From Utricularia gibba (Eukaryota > Plantae > Magnoliophyta), in NCBI GenBank assembly GCA_002189035.1, contig CM007989.1, positions 1,798,001 through 1,862,000 on the forward strand: a DNA stretch of 64,000 bases, in the 5' to 3' direction. The position numbers and the translations under genes are program-made. Every line of letters starts with the position of its first letter. Within the stretch, counting starts at the first letter, position 1. Below are positions 28,001-41,483 of this stretch, in pieces. The notes under the pieces are model-generated. The model was given only the letters and a program-made list of their open reading frames with translations, ran no database searches and had not been told where the DNA came from.

Positions 28001-29248
28001 AATTCGGAACACCTGTGGAGTCTGTAGATCATACGTTGCCCTCCAAAAGATTTATCAAGCAAAGGCTGAAGCTGATTCTCTGGTGATGGAGAAGCATGTG
28101 AAGAAGATATTAAAGAAGATTGGACGCGATCCTGATAATATATCAAAGGCGACCATCAAAACTTTCTGCAAAAATGCACGGAAGCTTAAGGTGAAACTCT
28201 TGGACATATTGATCTTTAAACGCTGAAGTTGTAGATGCAATAGCATGATAGTTGTTGTCTTTCTATAGAGTCAGAAACAACATTCTGATAGTAGTTTTTA
28301 CTTCATAGGTATGCAGATATCGCTCCATCGAGGAGGAGTTTAGTTTGCCCATCCAAATGGAGTTGATAAAATATCTAACAGATGAAGACTGCAGGTAGCT
28401 GGAAGGTTAATGATTAGTTTGTTTCATTCTACTGTTGAAACTTGCCTGATTAAGTAAACACTAAGATAGCATGCAAAGAAATTGGGTTTGAGGTATGATG
28501 AGATCTCATGGACGGCTTATAATATCACTGCGCACCTTTCAATCTTTTTTCATGATTAAGTCGATATTTCTGTCTTGTTTATATTTTACTGATCATCCAG
28601 CTGGTCAGTGTAACCGTGAGCTTTACTCCGTAAAATTCATGTAGGCAAGTTGGTTATTGATCAGCTCTATTTCCTATTGTTACCACTGTTGAAATTTCTC
28701 TGCAGCACGGCAGCTGGGTTTTATATTCTTCTCCGTGCCGTCGATCGCTTTGCGGCAAACTACAACAGTTTTCCTGGACAATTTGATAGGTAAATCTCTG
28801 GACCCTTATTTCGTCAGCCATCAATGCCTATATATCAAAACCTTCATTTCATGCCTGGCTAAATGAAATGCAGCGAAATGGATGAGGAGATATCCAGATT
28901 GAAAGCAACTGCTCTTACTCTGCTTAGCGATACGGGTTGCAACGGATCAACCCTGTCGGAAGACCTTATCAACGAAATGTGCCGTTACGGTGCATCTGAG
29001 CTTCATGCTGTAGCTGCCTTTATCGGCGGCATAGCATCACAGGAGGCGATCAAGGTTGGTAACTCCTCCATTTACACTCACTGCTCCCACCCCTCTATAT
29101 AGAAACTTAACTCTGTGCGGATGCATAATGCTATCACCGCTGTTCTGACTGCTGTGACGTGCAGCTCATCACACGACAGTTCGTTCCTATGAACGGAACC
29201 TTTATTTTCAACGGCGTTGATCACAAGTCACAGCTGTTCGTACTCTAG
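25027..29248 (+). CDS. AXR1: NEDD8/RUB-activating enzyme E1 regulatory subunit, multi-exon
   Basis: [88 protein letters not shown], terminal [13 protein letters not shown]. Confidence 0.95.
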
Positions 29249-30769
29249 AGAACTGAAGCAAGGCAGTGCAAGGGTCATCTGTATTGCAAAGACCCCATGT
29301 CGTTCGTTTTCCCCAGAACTCAGGAACACTCTGCACAAGATGGATGGATGGATACACAGACCCCAGAAGAGAATGGCCTTCTGCTACCATAGATTACTCA
29401 AGGTTTTGTAGGGCTTGGGAAACAAGCCCAGTGGTAGGAGTGGGTCAGCAGTACTCATGCTTTAGTTCACACCATTTGCGAGATGGAGAACCTTCCTGCC
29501 TTCTAACCCTTTTTCCGTCCAAACCCCTGACACTGACCGCCACCTGCCCGATACTTCGCTTCTTGTCCAGTCGCAAGATTCCGCGCCACGTTTCCAGGAC
29601 CGGACCATTCTCTCTCTTCTCATCAGTCGGTATTAATGTTAAATTTCATACAAAATTAAAAAAAAATTATGAAATTTAGAAATATTAAATTTCAATATTT
29701 TTATAATTGGTTTAATCTGATTCGATTTTTTCTAATTATAATTTAATTCAAAACTATCAGTAAAATAAAAAATGGATTGAAGTTGATTTTAAACGTGGCT
29801 CCATCAAACCATCTTTCTATCATTAAAAGAAAAAAGGGATTGGAGGATGGGGCAGAGGCAGGCGGCCACACTCAAGGTGATGTCGGCACGTCTTGTAGAT
29901 CACAAAGAAGGTGGTCCACGTGCCTGAGCAGTCCAAAATCCTGACCCATGGGATTTTATTAGGACACGTGATTTGCCATCAGTGCAACCAAAAACGGACT
30001 CCTAATTATGCTGTCGGGATGCTCTAGAACTATCCCTTCCTTCAGCACTCACTTGTTTGTGGAGAAGTACTGCATGCGTTATTGATGATCCTGTGTTTGT
30101 TCCCATGGATCTTGCTCTGGGAGTTATTACAGATTGGTTGTTATTGCAAAACAGGAGTACTAGATTTCAGAGCACTAGTTTTTTGTTTTCTTTCGTTTGT
30201 AAGTGTACGTACATACGATGGGAAACTGTACCTTGGTGGCACTGGGGAGTGGAGTGGCGGGGGGGGGTTTTATGACAGGGGCGTATGGCATTGAATGGGG
30301 TTTCATCCACATGGTCCGGCATCCAATGTGCTTAAATGATGACCCCAATATTTTCCAATTGAACCCATCACATGCTCCCTGCTTCGTTCTTTCACTTTTC
30401 TTTCCCCAGTTGTTGTTTATTATATGCAAGGAAATGAAAACCAGATGCCCCTCCTCTTGCTCCCCGGCAGACAAACTTCGCTGGGAACGACGGCTTGTTT
30501 ATTATTGCAGGCAGTTATCGAATGTCACTTGTCACTCACTCGTATGTCATCCTGTTCCATCTTGATTGATTTCAATGCCCGCAAAGCTATCAGATGCGCT
30601 GGAATAAAGTAAATGGAATAAAGAGTTGGAGAGGTGAGAGGCCGGGATTCCCTTCCCTTCTCTTCCCTTCTCTTCTCCTCTGTTGTGGCTGGTTCCCTCA
30701 ATACCTTGCTTCAACAGATGTGATCATCTGGGAGTGTTTTGATCAGGGGCTGTCATTTTCAGTTTCCCC

Positions 30770-32800
30770 ATGAAGAACAGAGGTGTTTCCTCTTACAAAT
30801 GGACTATTTTTCTCTGTCTCTCCAGTTTATATGGAGGAATGCTCGTGACAAACAGGTAAAAAAATTCAACTTTCAACCAAGTTCCTGTGCATACCCTGAT
30901 TTTATTGTATAGTTTGGAGGAGACATGTCACTCACACACAGTAGAGATCCTTCTTCTTTTGTCTGTTGTTCTACCTATAGTTTCTTTTCGAGAGATGGTC
31001 TTAAAATTCCCTTTTTCTGGAAGCAGGCTGTGGATCAGGATTCAGGTCAAAGATTTTGCATTACCTGGTAATCCTGCTGACGCTCGAAGGCTCAAGTTAG
31101 TATCAGAAGACTTCAGTGCAAAACTGGTGAGTGTTGCACAAATCTTGTTACAATTTGGCAAGCACTTCAAGCTGGTTTCTTGCAGTTACAGAGTGGCGTA
31201 GGGAGGGTGCTGAAGAAAGGAGTCATCTCCCAGAGCGCAAATCAAGTTATTCAGTAAAGAACTGCCCCTCTGTCATCTATTCTAAACAAATCCTGTATAC
31301 TGCAATACTCAGTCTGAACCTCCATGTTCAGTGGGACTACAGCGTTGAACGTGACCACCTCTGACTTGGAGATGGAACAGGTGGGAGCAAAAGCAGTCCT
31401 GAGTGGCTCTCCAGGTTCCCAAACACCACCAAGGAGAAAGTATTTCATGGTTATTGGAATAAACACTGCTTTCAGCAGTCGTAAAAGGAGAGACTCCATT
31501 CGTGCTACATGGATGCCACAAGGTTTGTCGTCTTGTGTGTTGAGCTCCATCATCCATCCTTCCATCCATCCGATGATCACACTCTTTGCTCCTGTGAATT
31601 GTCTCCCAGGAGAAGAACTTGGAAGGTTGGAAAGAGAGAAAGGCATCATCATCCGGTTTGTGATCGGCCACAGGTGCGAGAGTGTTCCCAGATTCTGTAA
31701 GTAATCATCATCAAGCAGATGTTCAGTCACATTTTTGACAAAATACAGTGCAATGTTGGGAGGTGTTCTTGATAAGTCCATTGAAGCTGAGGACCAGAAG
31801 CATGGTGACATCTTAAGGCTGGTAACTGTACTGAGCTTATTCCTTTTCCATGGTGGCATCCCAAGCCTGGTAACTGTACTATTGCCTTTCCGATGCATCA
31901 GAACCATGTTGAGGCTTATCTTGAGCTATCAGCCAAGACCAAGGCATACTTCGTCGCGGCATTGTCTCAATGGAATGCAGAGTACTACGTTAAAGTAGAT
32001 GATGATGTACATGTAAACATAGGTAAAGACTGCTCTTTCCCACAGCAAGAGTAAACCAGAAAGGGTGCTGATTCAGTTCTTGTTTTCACTGTGCAGCTAC
32101 ACTCGGAGAAACACTAGCAAAACATCGAAGGAAATCAATGGTGTACATAGGCTGCATGAAATCAGGCCCTGTTCTCTCCCAAAGGTAACCAACTCAACCG
32201 TTTTCAAGCTTCATTTTTCCACCCTCATATCTTGTTAGCAGAGGAGTAAGGTACCACGAGCCGGAGCACTGGAAATTTGGGGACACCGGAAACAAATACT
32301 TCCGGCATGCCACCGGACAAATTTATGCGATTTCGACTGATTTGGCAGCCTATATCTCACTCAACCAGTTGAGTTTCACTTCCCCTCAAGCTAAACAGTC
32401 CATATATGCATATCTTGATCAAAGTTTAGCCTTTTATGTCACCAATCATAGGCATGTTCTGCACAAATACGCGAACGAAGACGTTTCAGTAGGATCGTGG
32501 TTCATCGGCCTCAATGTACGGCACGTCGATGACCGGAGACTCTGCTGCGGAACTCCCCCTGGTAGTAGCAGTAGTAGTATCTCTGGTTGTAACAAAAGAA
32601 ATTTTCCAAAGATGCATAGAAAGTTACTTAAGTTTCTCTGCCGTCCAGATTGTGCCTGGAAAGCAAGCGCCGGAAATGCATGCGCTGCTTCCTTCGACTG
32701 GAGCTGCAGCGGAATCTGCCGGCCCGTCGATCGGATGAAGGATGTCCATCGCCAATGTGGTCAAGGGAAAGAGGCCGTGTGGAAAGCAGCTTTCCGGTGA
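30770..32800 (+). CDS. GT31 beta-1,3-galactosyltransferase (DUF4094 + Galactosyl_T), multi-exon
   Basis: N-terminal membrane anchor [88 protein letters not shown]. Confidence 0.95.
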
Positions 32801-33156
32801 TCATCTCCATCCACAGAGCAGCCGCCGGACTTTCAACTGGAACGCCCAGCCCAGCCCAGCCCCAGCCCAAGTAATATATAATCTTGTAAATGTAAAGAAA
32901 ACTTTTGGTATTCTTTTTCGATAAAATCATATATAATTTTTAATTTAAAAAATAAATGATATAAAACAAAGTAACTTTGTAATTTATTTAGTTTGATAAT
33001 TTATTTAAATTACGTATAGTCTGATAGTATTTATATAAATTTAATTATTAAATTTTATATCAAATGTACTATAATGAATTTTATTAAAAAAAAAGACAAG
33101 CTACTTTTGACCGTCGTAGGTTGTGTAGTGTAGGGAGGAACTGGAAGGCAGAAGGC

Positions 33157-34946
33157 ATGACTGCTGTTGCCTGTAGATATTTGGCCAAAACCCTCTCCCC
33201 AAAACTGGCTCCATTCCTTCTGCGGTCACCAATTCTCGCCTAATTAACGCCCGTTTCACTCCCGGGAGGTCCTTCATTCAGATTCGCTCCATGGCTCATG
33301 ACGCCTCCGCCGCCGCTTCTCCTTTCAAGAAGGTTCAGATTCAGAGGGGTGATACGGTACTATTCAATTGAATTCTGGGTGCAATGGGGGTTCATTTAAA
33401 GATTTTTTTTTTCGCTGGGTATTGAACTGGACCTGTTGTTGTTTACGGATTTTGGTTTTAAGTGCAGAAAGATTGCATTGCTGTTTAATGTGTTGGTGCT
33501 TTCATGTTTATATCATTTCAGTCATTTGAGTGGTTTTCTTTCTTTGATCCCTTATCGATTATTGAGTGTCTGTCGGTGTTTCCACAAGTGGGATAGAGTG
33601 CTGCTTAACTTATAGAGCTGGAGTGGGTGTGTGTGTGTTCGATACTGAATGACGATATTTGACGTGTTGAGTGCATTTTTTGACATGGTGTGTTCTGTTC
33701 ATTTCTTGTCGGGGAAATGTATCAACTAGACCTTTGATGCCTATGTGATCGGCAAAGAGGATGCCCCAGGGATTGTCGTGCTTCAGGAATGGTGGGGTGT
33801 TGATTTTGAGATCAAGAATCACGCGCAAAAGATCTCTCACTTCGCCCCAGGCTACAAGGCATTGATCCCTGAGTAAGAATGAGCCTCGTTTGTGTGTGTA
33901 TTTCACTCTAACTTCTTTAATACCGATTATTTGTGTTTTTATATGATGTTTTTGGGGGGTTAGTCTCTACCGAGGGAAGGTTGGCTTGGATGTTGCGGAG
34001 GCACAGCACTTGATGGACGGACTTGACTGGAAAGGTGCCGTTAAGGATATCGAAGCTTCAGTCGACTGGCTAAAAGCAAATGGGTCAAAGAAAGTGTGCA
34101 ACTTTTTTTTTTTAACCATGCTGATCTTTCGTGAACTTGCTCAAATGTTAATGCCTGGTTATAAACTTGTCTTTGTAGTCCACTTGTTTTAACTGGTGTA
34201 TGGAGATCAATGTTTTCAGTTTCATTTTTGTTTGTTTGCTAGAAAGAACGGATAAATGATACAGATAGGTGTAGTTTTACTCTAACAATATTGTCATCCT
34301 CCACTCCTTTTTTTTTTACATGCACCACTTACGGCATAAGCGGATGGTGATTGGTATAATTTTGAAGTTATTCCACAGCTCTCGTTTCACCCATTGTCTC
34401 ACTGATTGATTCCTTCTCTTACCATTCATCTTACGAGTTAGCTTATTTTATAGAACGATTTCGTTAACTATAGGTTGGTGTAACCGGCTACTGCATGGGA
34501 GGTGCTCTTGCTATTGCAAGTTCTGTGTTGGTACCTGGTGTTGATGCTGTGGTAGCCTTCTATGGAGTTCCGTCACCCCAGCTTGCAGATCCAGCCCATG
34601 CTAAAGTCCCTGTGCAGGCTCACTTCGGAGAACTGGACAGTTTTGAGGGTTTCTCAGATGCCAAGGTACACTACATACGGGACAAATATCTATCTAACTG
34701 ATGCGACATTAAAGATGCGCCCGATGTTTGTCATCAGACAGGAAAGGCTCTGGAGGAGAAGCTCAAGGTGTCCGGTGTAAACCACGAGGTCTACATCTAT
34801 CCAGGGCTCGGACATGCCTTCATGAACATTTCCCCGATGGCCTGCAGAGAAGGAAGACAATGGGCATCAGTGATGAAGATTCTGCTGCCGTGGAACTCGC
34901 CTGGACCCGCTTCCGCGCCTGGATGAACCGCTTCCTGTCTCCCTGA
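33157..34946 (+). CDS. Dienelactone hydrolase / carboxymethylenebutenolidase homolog with probable transit peptide
   Basis: GIVVLQEWWGVDFEIK, PDLYRGK-type exon, nucleophile motif GYCMGG, AVVAFYGVP, QAHFGELD, YPGLGHAFMN. One-base frame breaks at 33197-33204 and 34832-34835. Confidence 0.92.
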
Positions 34947-35186
34947 GCCAACTTTGGTCACTAAAGTTGCGGTAACTCGTCAATAAACGTTGCTGCCATC
35001 ATTCGATTGTGCAGCTCGTGTGTTGGAAGTTTCAGATTCTGCCAACATAATGAACACACCCACCCCCCCCCCCTCCTCAATCTTCATCGTTTTTAAGTTC
35101 ACATCAACAAGCCCGCAGGGCAATGCATCCAATCGAAACTGTCAATTTGGCAAGTGTGGGATAATCAGATGATCTGGAAACCATAT

Positions 35187-35401
35187 GGCTGTGTTTGGTA
35201 ACTATATCAGTATAAATTATGTTGATATATATATATCCTGATTTAAGATATAAAAATAAAAAGGGATGTTGATGGGGATAATTTTATGTTTTGTAAAGAT
35301 TAAAAAAGTATCTCATGAAAATTTATTTATGATTATCAAACATATTAATATTATTTCAGATACTGTAATATTTCATGTTATCCTTATTACCAAACACAGC
35401 C
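35187..35401. mobile_element. Tourist-like MITE, 215 bp
   Basis: Perfect 15-bp TIRs GGCTGTGTTTGGTAA and TTACCAAACACAGCC, flanked by 3-bp direct repeat TAT, with an AT-rich interior. Confidence 0.9.
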
Positions 35402-36626
35402 TATGTGAAAAAACATGGTCACTTTATAATATATAGTTTTTGTTGTAATGTGTGACGATAGAAAGTGATACTGGTAAGATTTGTAGATGATCGGGGATAA
35501 TTTGGTGGTCGCATGCACCAGTGCCAGCAAGGCCGCATGAACGAAATCAGTACAGTTACATCACACAGTCAGAGGAGTGTTGTCATATTTGACTGGAGAG
35601 ACGCGTTGGGGCAAGTTTGTTGCAATTATTACACTTGGGGCCAATGATTTGGGGCAATCATTTGCGATCCTACTCCTCAGTCCTGACCTAACCACCCCAA
35701 CTGCGTGCGCGCGTGCGTGCCCTTGACTCGTTATTAATTCGAAACTGAATGTGTAAATAAATTGTTAGAATTTAGATTTTGATACACCGCTTTCTGAAAT
35801 AAATTCTTGAATTTAGAGGCTGATTTTGAGGGAGATTAATTCTATTGAGTTATTTGAGGGGTTGTTAAATGTATTCAAATCATTTACCTGCTTCAAATCA
35901 CAGTCGTGTAAAAAATAATGACTGTTTTAAGTGTATCTCAAAGCCCTGATGTCCACGCAAGGAAAAAAAAACAACAAAGGAAACGTATTCCTTTTTTGAA
36001 TGGAAGTTCCAATCCGAGTGGTTTATGCCTCAAATAAGGGCGTTGTTGGAGCCTCCTCCGGTGCCCCCAGAGCTACGGCCTGCGATCAGCACGCGTCCTT
36101 AAACGAGTCTACTTGTTGGTAGCCTTGAGGACCCCCTCCCCCTTTTCCCATATTCAAACCTACGTCAGCCACGCCCAAATGGGTCTGGGTCTGGGTCTGG
36201 TTCTTGACCCGCGGCCAGTACGTGAAGTCACCATGGAGAAGGAATATCTCATCGTTTCACAAGGTGTATGCAATGCAAATACATCAGATGTATGATTCTG
36301 TTGTATCGTTTTCAAAGTGACATGGTTGGATAATACTGATGGAGATATTGCATTTGCTTGTCTTAATCAAAGTCTGTTAGTTTTGCTAGTGTCAACTGAA
36401 ACACATGCAGAAATAACTGTCTGAAGAAAATCCAGCTAAGGGCATGGCATGGCATGGCCCCCCTTCTGCTCCAAGAGAGGGGAAAGATGCGCAGACGATG
36501 GGAGGGAGTACCTGCCCCATGTGGATTCGGTGACTGTTTCAACTTAACATCTTACTTTCTGGTTTTTCTTTCAGTGTCGGTGTGGTGATGGCGATTATGC
36601 ACAGCATTACAAGCTCCTTTTTCGGT

Positions 36627-36634
36627 TATAAATA
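36627..36634 (+). promoter_or_regulatory. TATA box of peroxidase gene
   Basis: TATAAATA about 40 bp upstream of ATG 36672. Confidence 0.65.
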
Positions 36635-36671
36635 CAGACAGCAAATGTCCACAGCAGGAATTGTAGGAATA

Positions 36672-37898
36672 ATGTCGTTCTCCAAGCATCACCGCCACCT
36701 GCTACTGGCCGTCGCGTTTGTTGTCTCACTTGCGTCCTTGAGTGTATCTGATGCTCAGGGCGGCCTTCGCCTTGACTACTACGCTGCCACTTGTCCTTCT
36801 GTTGAAGCCATCGTGAAGCATGAAACTTCTGTCATCATCTCCAGAGCCCCTTCCCTCGCTGCCGCCCTTCTCAGGCTCCATTTCCACGACTGTTTCGTCC
36901 GGGTACCGTTTTCGTTAGAATGTGCAGGAGTCGGGATTAGGAAAACAGGTTCTTGGGTTTACAACAGCTTGTTGAAATGGTTTACAGGGGTGTGATGGGT
37001 CCATCTTGCTGAACTCGACCAACGGCAACACGGCGGAGAGGGACTCGCCGCCCAACTTTACGGTCAGAGGTTACGGATCCATCGACAGGGTCAAAGCTGC
37101 CGTGGAGGAAACCTGCCCCGGCGTCGTCTCCTGCGCCGATATCGTGGCTCTGGTGGCTCGCGACGCTATCTCTCTTGTGAGTAATGCACCATTTTTTTTC
37201 CCAGATCAGCCATTGAGCTGCATACTGACGATGTCTGCACTATGTTAGCTGAATGGCCCATATTGGCCTGTGGCTCTGGGAAGAAAAGACGGCAGAATTT
37301 CCATTCGATCGGAAGCACTGACGAATATTCCACCGCCGACTTCCAATATCTCGGCCCTCAAGGCTTCCTTCGCTGCCAAGGGGCTCGATGCCAAAGACCT
37401 CGTAGTTCTCTCAGGTAATGTACTGTTTACAAAGGTACTTTAGTTTTGTGCTTCTTAGTACTTGACGGGGTTGATGGGCCTACAGGGAGCCACACGATCG
37501 GAGTTTCTCACTGCTCCAGCTTCTCCGCGCGTCTGTACAACTTCTCCGGCACGGGGGCGCCGGAACCGGCACTGGACTCCGAGTACGTACCACGTCTGAA
37601 AAGCAGGTGCTCCCCTACAGACAACACCACGCTTGTCGAGATGGACCCTGGAAGCGTTCTGACATACGACACTCATTACTACACGAATGTGGCGAAACGA
37701 CGTGGCCTCTTCACGTCGGACTCGTCTCTTCTGGCGGACCCGGAGACCGGAGCTTACGTCCGGGAGCAGGCCGTGGCCGCCTCCCCCTTCGTTTTCTTTC
37801 AGGACTTTGCAAATTCTATGGTGAAAATGGCGAGCATCGGCGTTCTCACCGGAGATCAGGGCGAGATCAGGAAGCACTGTGCTTTTGTTAACTCATGA
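36672..37898 (+). CDS. Class III secretory peroxidase, classic 4-exon structure
   Basis: Signal peptide, [70 protein letters not shown]. Confidence 0.97.
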
Positions 37899-38168
37899 TT
37901 CATCATCCATCCTTTCCTGTGTTTCAAAATGTCTTATTGTAATGCTCCGCCACCAATAATGGCACTTCACCTTTGCCTGGATTCAGTGTTGAAGATGAAT
38001 GTGCGTCTTGCATATGTAATTGTATTTGCAGTTGCAGTTGCAAATATGACATATTGTTTCGTTTATTGCTCCTGGTTGACTGGAAAGCTCCCTCCCCTGC
38101 TGAGCAAGACGCATATTTGGCAAATTGATGAGCAGCGACATTACCCTTGTCTGCAACTTGGGTAAGAA

Positions 38169-40836
38169 TCACACGGGGACACCCAATTCTGAAATCTTCA
38201 AGAGTCTCTTGTCCATGGCCAACCTTTGTTGCCGTAGCTGTGATGTCATGGAAGCCACCTTGTGCAACATAGTACAAAAGTGAGGCGGTGAAGGAGACAT
38301 CACTGAAACGAGTTCGAAAGATGGACTTACTTCGGCGCGTAGCCTGATCGCCTCCCTGCCAGGAGTATTTCTCAGAAGGCTCATCAAATCTGCGCGCATC
38401 AGATACAAGGAACGAAAACATGGTTTCAGAGCGTTTCAACATCTAGAATGCTCAACATGGTAAAGTTCAGATTCCAGTAAGCGCCACATTTCCCAATAAA
38501 ACTAGAAATTGCATTCTGATTAAGGACATAACCAGCATTAATATCACACGAGAAGATGGAAAATATGGCTATCATTCATTGCGAGATTTTAGCATCTCCA
38601 GTAATACTAAAAATATTGTGCCAACAACTTCACATCAAGGGCCCTACATTGGAAATAGGACATGACTGCATAACAATCAATCAGTTCACATATAATGCAA
38701 TTCCCCAAAACTAATTCACCATAAAATGATCTCACTTATAGGCATGCTATAGCCAGAGTAACAGAGTCAGTCTTATCAGTTTCCACATATCACGGTGATA
38801 AACAACATGGCTCTTTAACAGCAAATAAAGGGTTCATCTATATTCACAATAAACCTTAAAAAGATATCGGTTAGTGTTAACACTAAATATACAAAACAAA
38901 AACCTTGAAAGCAAGTGCAAGAAAGGTTATCAGCATACTTGCAGCTTCAGCTTCTGTCTTGTAAATGGATTTTAACTGGCTTCGGATCTGAGTTCCAGCA
39001 TTCCTACATGCCAATACATGAATGAGCCCCCAAAACAGAAAATAGTTACTCACACAGTACTATATGCATTACTTCACGTTTTGGTATCCATGCTTCATGT
39101 CCTTTTCAGCAAGCACTGATCTTTCAAGCAGTTTAATACTCTCTTTTTCATCATGTCCACTGATAAGTTTAGTCCCTGAACATTTTTTTCAGCCCGAACA
39201 AATCGAGACTGCAATCACAAAAACGTTGAACTGGTTAGCACTATGCAAAGGGACTGAGGTAATCCAAGATTATCCCGATTTCATTTCATTTATTTTTAGC
39301 AATACTCGGTATAGAAGGCGGTGTACCTCCTCACTCTGAAGTCGATGCAATGTTTGTCGGAGCAAGAACCTTCTAGGTCCTAAAAAAGCAATTGCAGCGG
39401 ATAAATGAGGTGAAAAGGAGGACAAAATCAATCAATGGTACCGACAATAATAGCATTGCTGAAGGACAGGAAAAAAGAAGAATAAGTTTGGGGCAGCCTT
39501 CATATATATAATGAACTTGATGGGAGAATGCGATAGAATGGCCTATGTCTGAAATGCAAAAATCCTTATATTTTAGTCGACTCTTCTGTACCAGTGGAAG
39601 TGGAATAAATTTTGCAATAATTATCACATTACACGTTTCAGTTTTCAGTCTATCTTCTTACCATCATGACGAACGACCATAACAACAATCATTACTCACC
39701 TCACATCGCCACAAGAATATATAACAGCTGTGATGTTAATAAGGGCCTACTGGAATCACTAATAGGACCAAATGTCACACAAGTGAATGGCATTTAACAT
39801 GTGAAAAATTCATGATATCAAGGACCGATCATGTGCCAATTGTTGGGTACCAAAAAAAAAAAAATCAGTTTTTACATCATCGGGTGAATTAGTTGTTCAT
39901 CATAAGCTTCTACATGATTCAAAAAACAATTTTGGCTGTAGATTGATCTTTAGTGACTTGAGATGCACAAGTTTTACATTCATCAATGAGGACCTTAGCT
40001 ATGATGATGAGATGTATACTGTCTGTCATAGGTGTATTATATTCGATGTCAATATCAATTGAGTAGAGCTTAAAATGACAATAAATAGCTTTTAAGGAAA
40101 AAAGGAACATGAAAACAAACCCGAGGCTGGTATAATACTGTCACATCAAATATGTCACAACAAGATAAGCCCCAAAATCAAATAATACCATTCGAGAGTG
40201 AAGCGGAGTAAATCAGCATTTTGACAAGAGAATGAGCAATACCACGCATGAGAAGGATTCCAGCGAGAGCAACTCCTCCCCAACAGCTGGATTTTGTTTT
40301 AGTATCACCAACCCATCTACAGAAATGATAAAAAAAAATGAAACTGCCAGATAGAGAAATTCAGAGGGGAAGGCATATTGAAACCTAACATACTGATAAA
40401 AAAAAAAAAAAAAAACTTAACACATCTTTATGAAAATACGTAGTAAGGATGGGGAGAATCATGTTCACATTTTAAATGAAACATTGGAAAAATCAAGTAG
40501 AAAGAAAAGGTTAAATTCATGATAAGTGAAGGTACCTTTGAGTTTGTTGAAAAATTCCCCTTCGTAATATCTATACCCAGACCCAATCTGCGGAACAAGT
40601 TCCTTCAACGAACCCAATCAATGTCAATAGAAGGAGTGAAGCGTTAAAAACAAATAAGAAAACACGAAAGAGAGGAATATCACCTGGAATGACTGCAGAA
40701 GAGTAGACGATGACTGACGGAGCGATTGGGCGGAGAGAATCGCCGAATCGGCCGATTCCGCTACGCGCTCATGCCACATCTTTACAGGTGCCGGTGCCGG
40801 TGCCGGCGCCGGCGGTGGTGCAGCTTCCTCTCCCAT
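38169..40836 (-). CDS. RHIP1: RGS1-HXK1-interacting protein 1-like (coiled-coil), 7 exons
   Basis: Exons read MGEEAAPP..., [72 protein letters not shown]. Family assignment is from recall of the C-terminus. One-base break at 39144-39148. Confidence 0.75.
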
Positions 40837-41483
40837 TTCTCAGTTAACTCCAAATGGCGCATTCGAAGTATTTATTCCTTTTTAGTAAGGTAGACGTAGG
40901 GCTCAGCTGCTAATTCGGGAAAAAAGAAATTAGAATTAGGGAATATTGTTTATGAAGTTACCTTCGATATAAACCATAATTTGAGATTAATTCATAAAAA
41001 TACATTTTAGATGAATTTAAATACATTAAATATATTTCTTATTTTGCTATCAATAAATATATAAAATGATTAAATTTATTTAAAATTAGTTTTTTTAAAT
41101 AAAGTGACCTATGTTTTTAATTGACCTAAAATTGGTTTAGAATTTCATTGAATCGATTGTATCATTGCTCTTGACTTTTAAATATAATGAAAAAGAGGCA
41201 TTCCAAAGTCGCTAGATTGTTATTTTTTTTTTCTACTTGTTGTTCGTGTAGAATAAGAGTAGTAATGATAAAAGAAGGTGGAGGCCGATCGGCATCATCC
41301 CGGTGAGTGAGGAAGATCGGCTTTGCCTCTTGGGGCGGTCTGCTCCGTCCGGTCGGCCGGGATCCTTCCTCCCTGAGATCATGGAAACCCGGGTCGGAAT
41401 GGGGGGTTAATACCACATCAGCTACTCATCACAGAGCATGCATTGCGTACCTTTCCCTGTTGAAGGGGAGAATGCCGGAGTGA

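Noticed and set aside
30060-30360. TGATGA C-box-like motif and a small hairpin (tggggtttcat...atgatgacccca) upstream of GT31
   Set aside because: No matching D box with terminal stem and no recognisable guide; the pairing is short enough to be chance.
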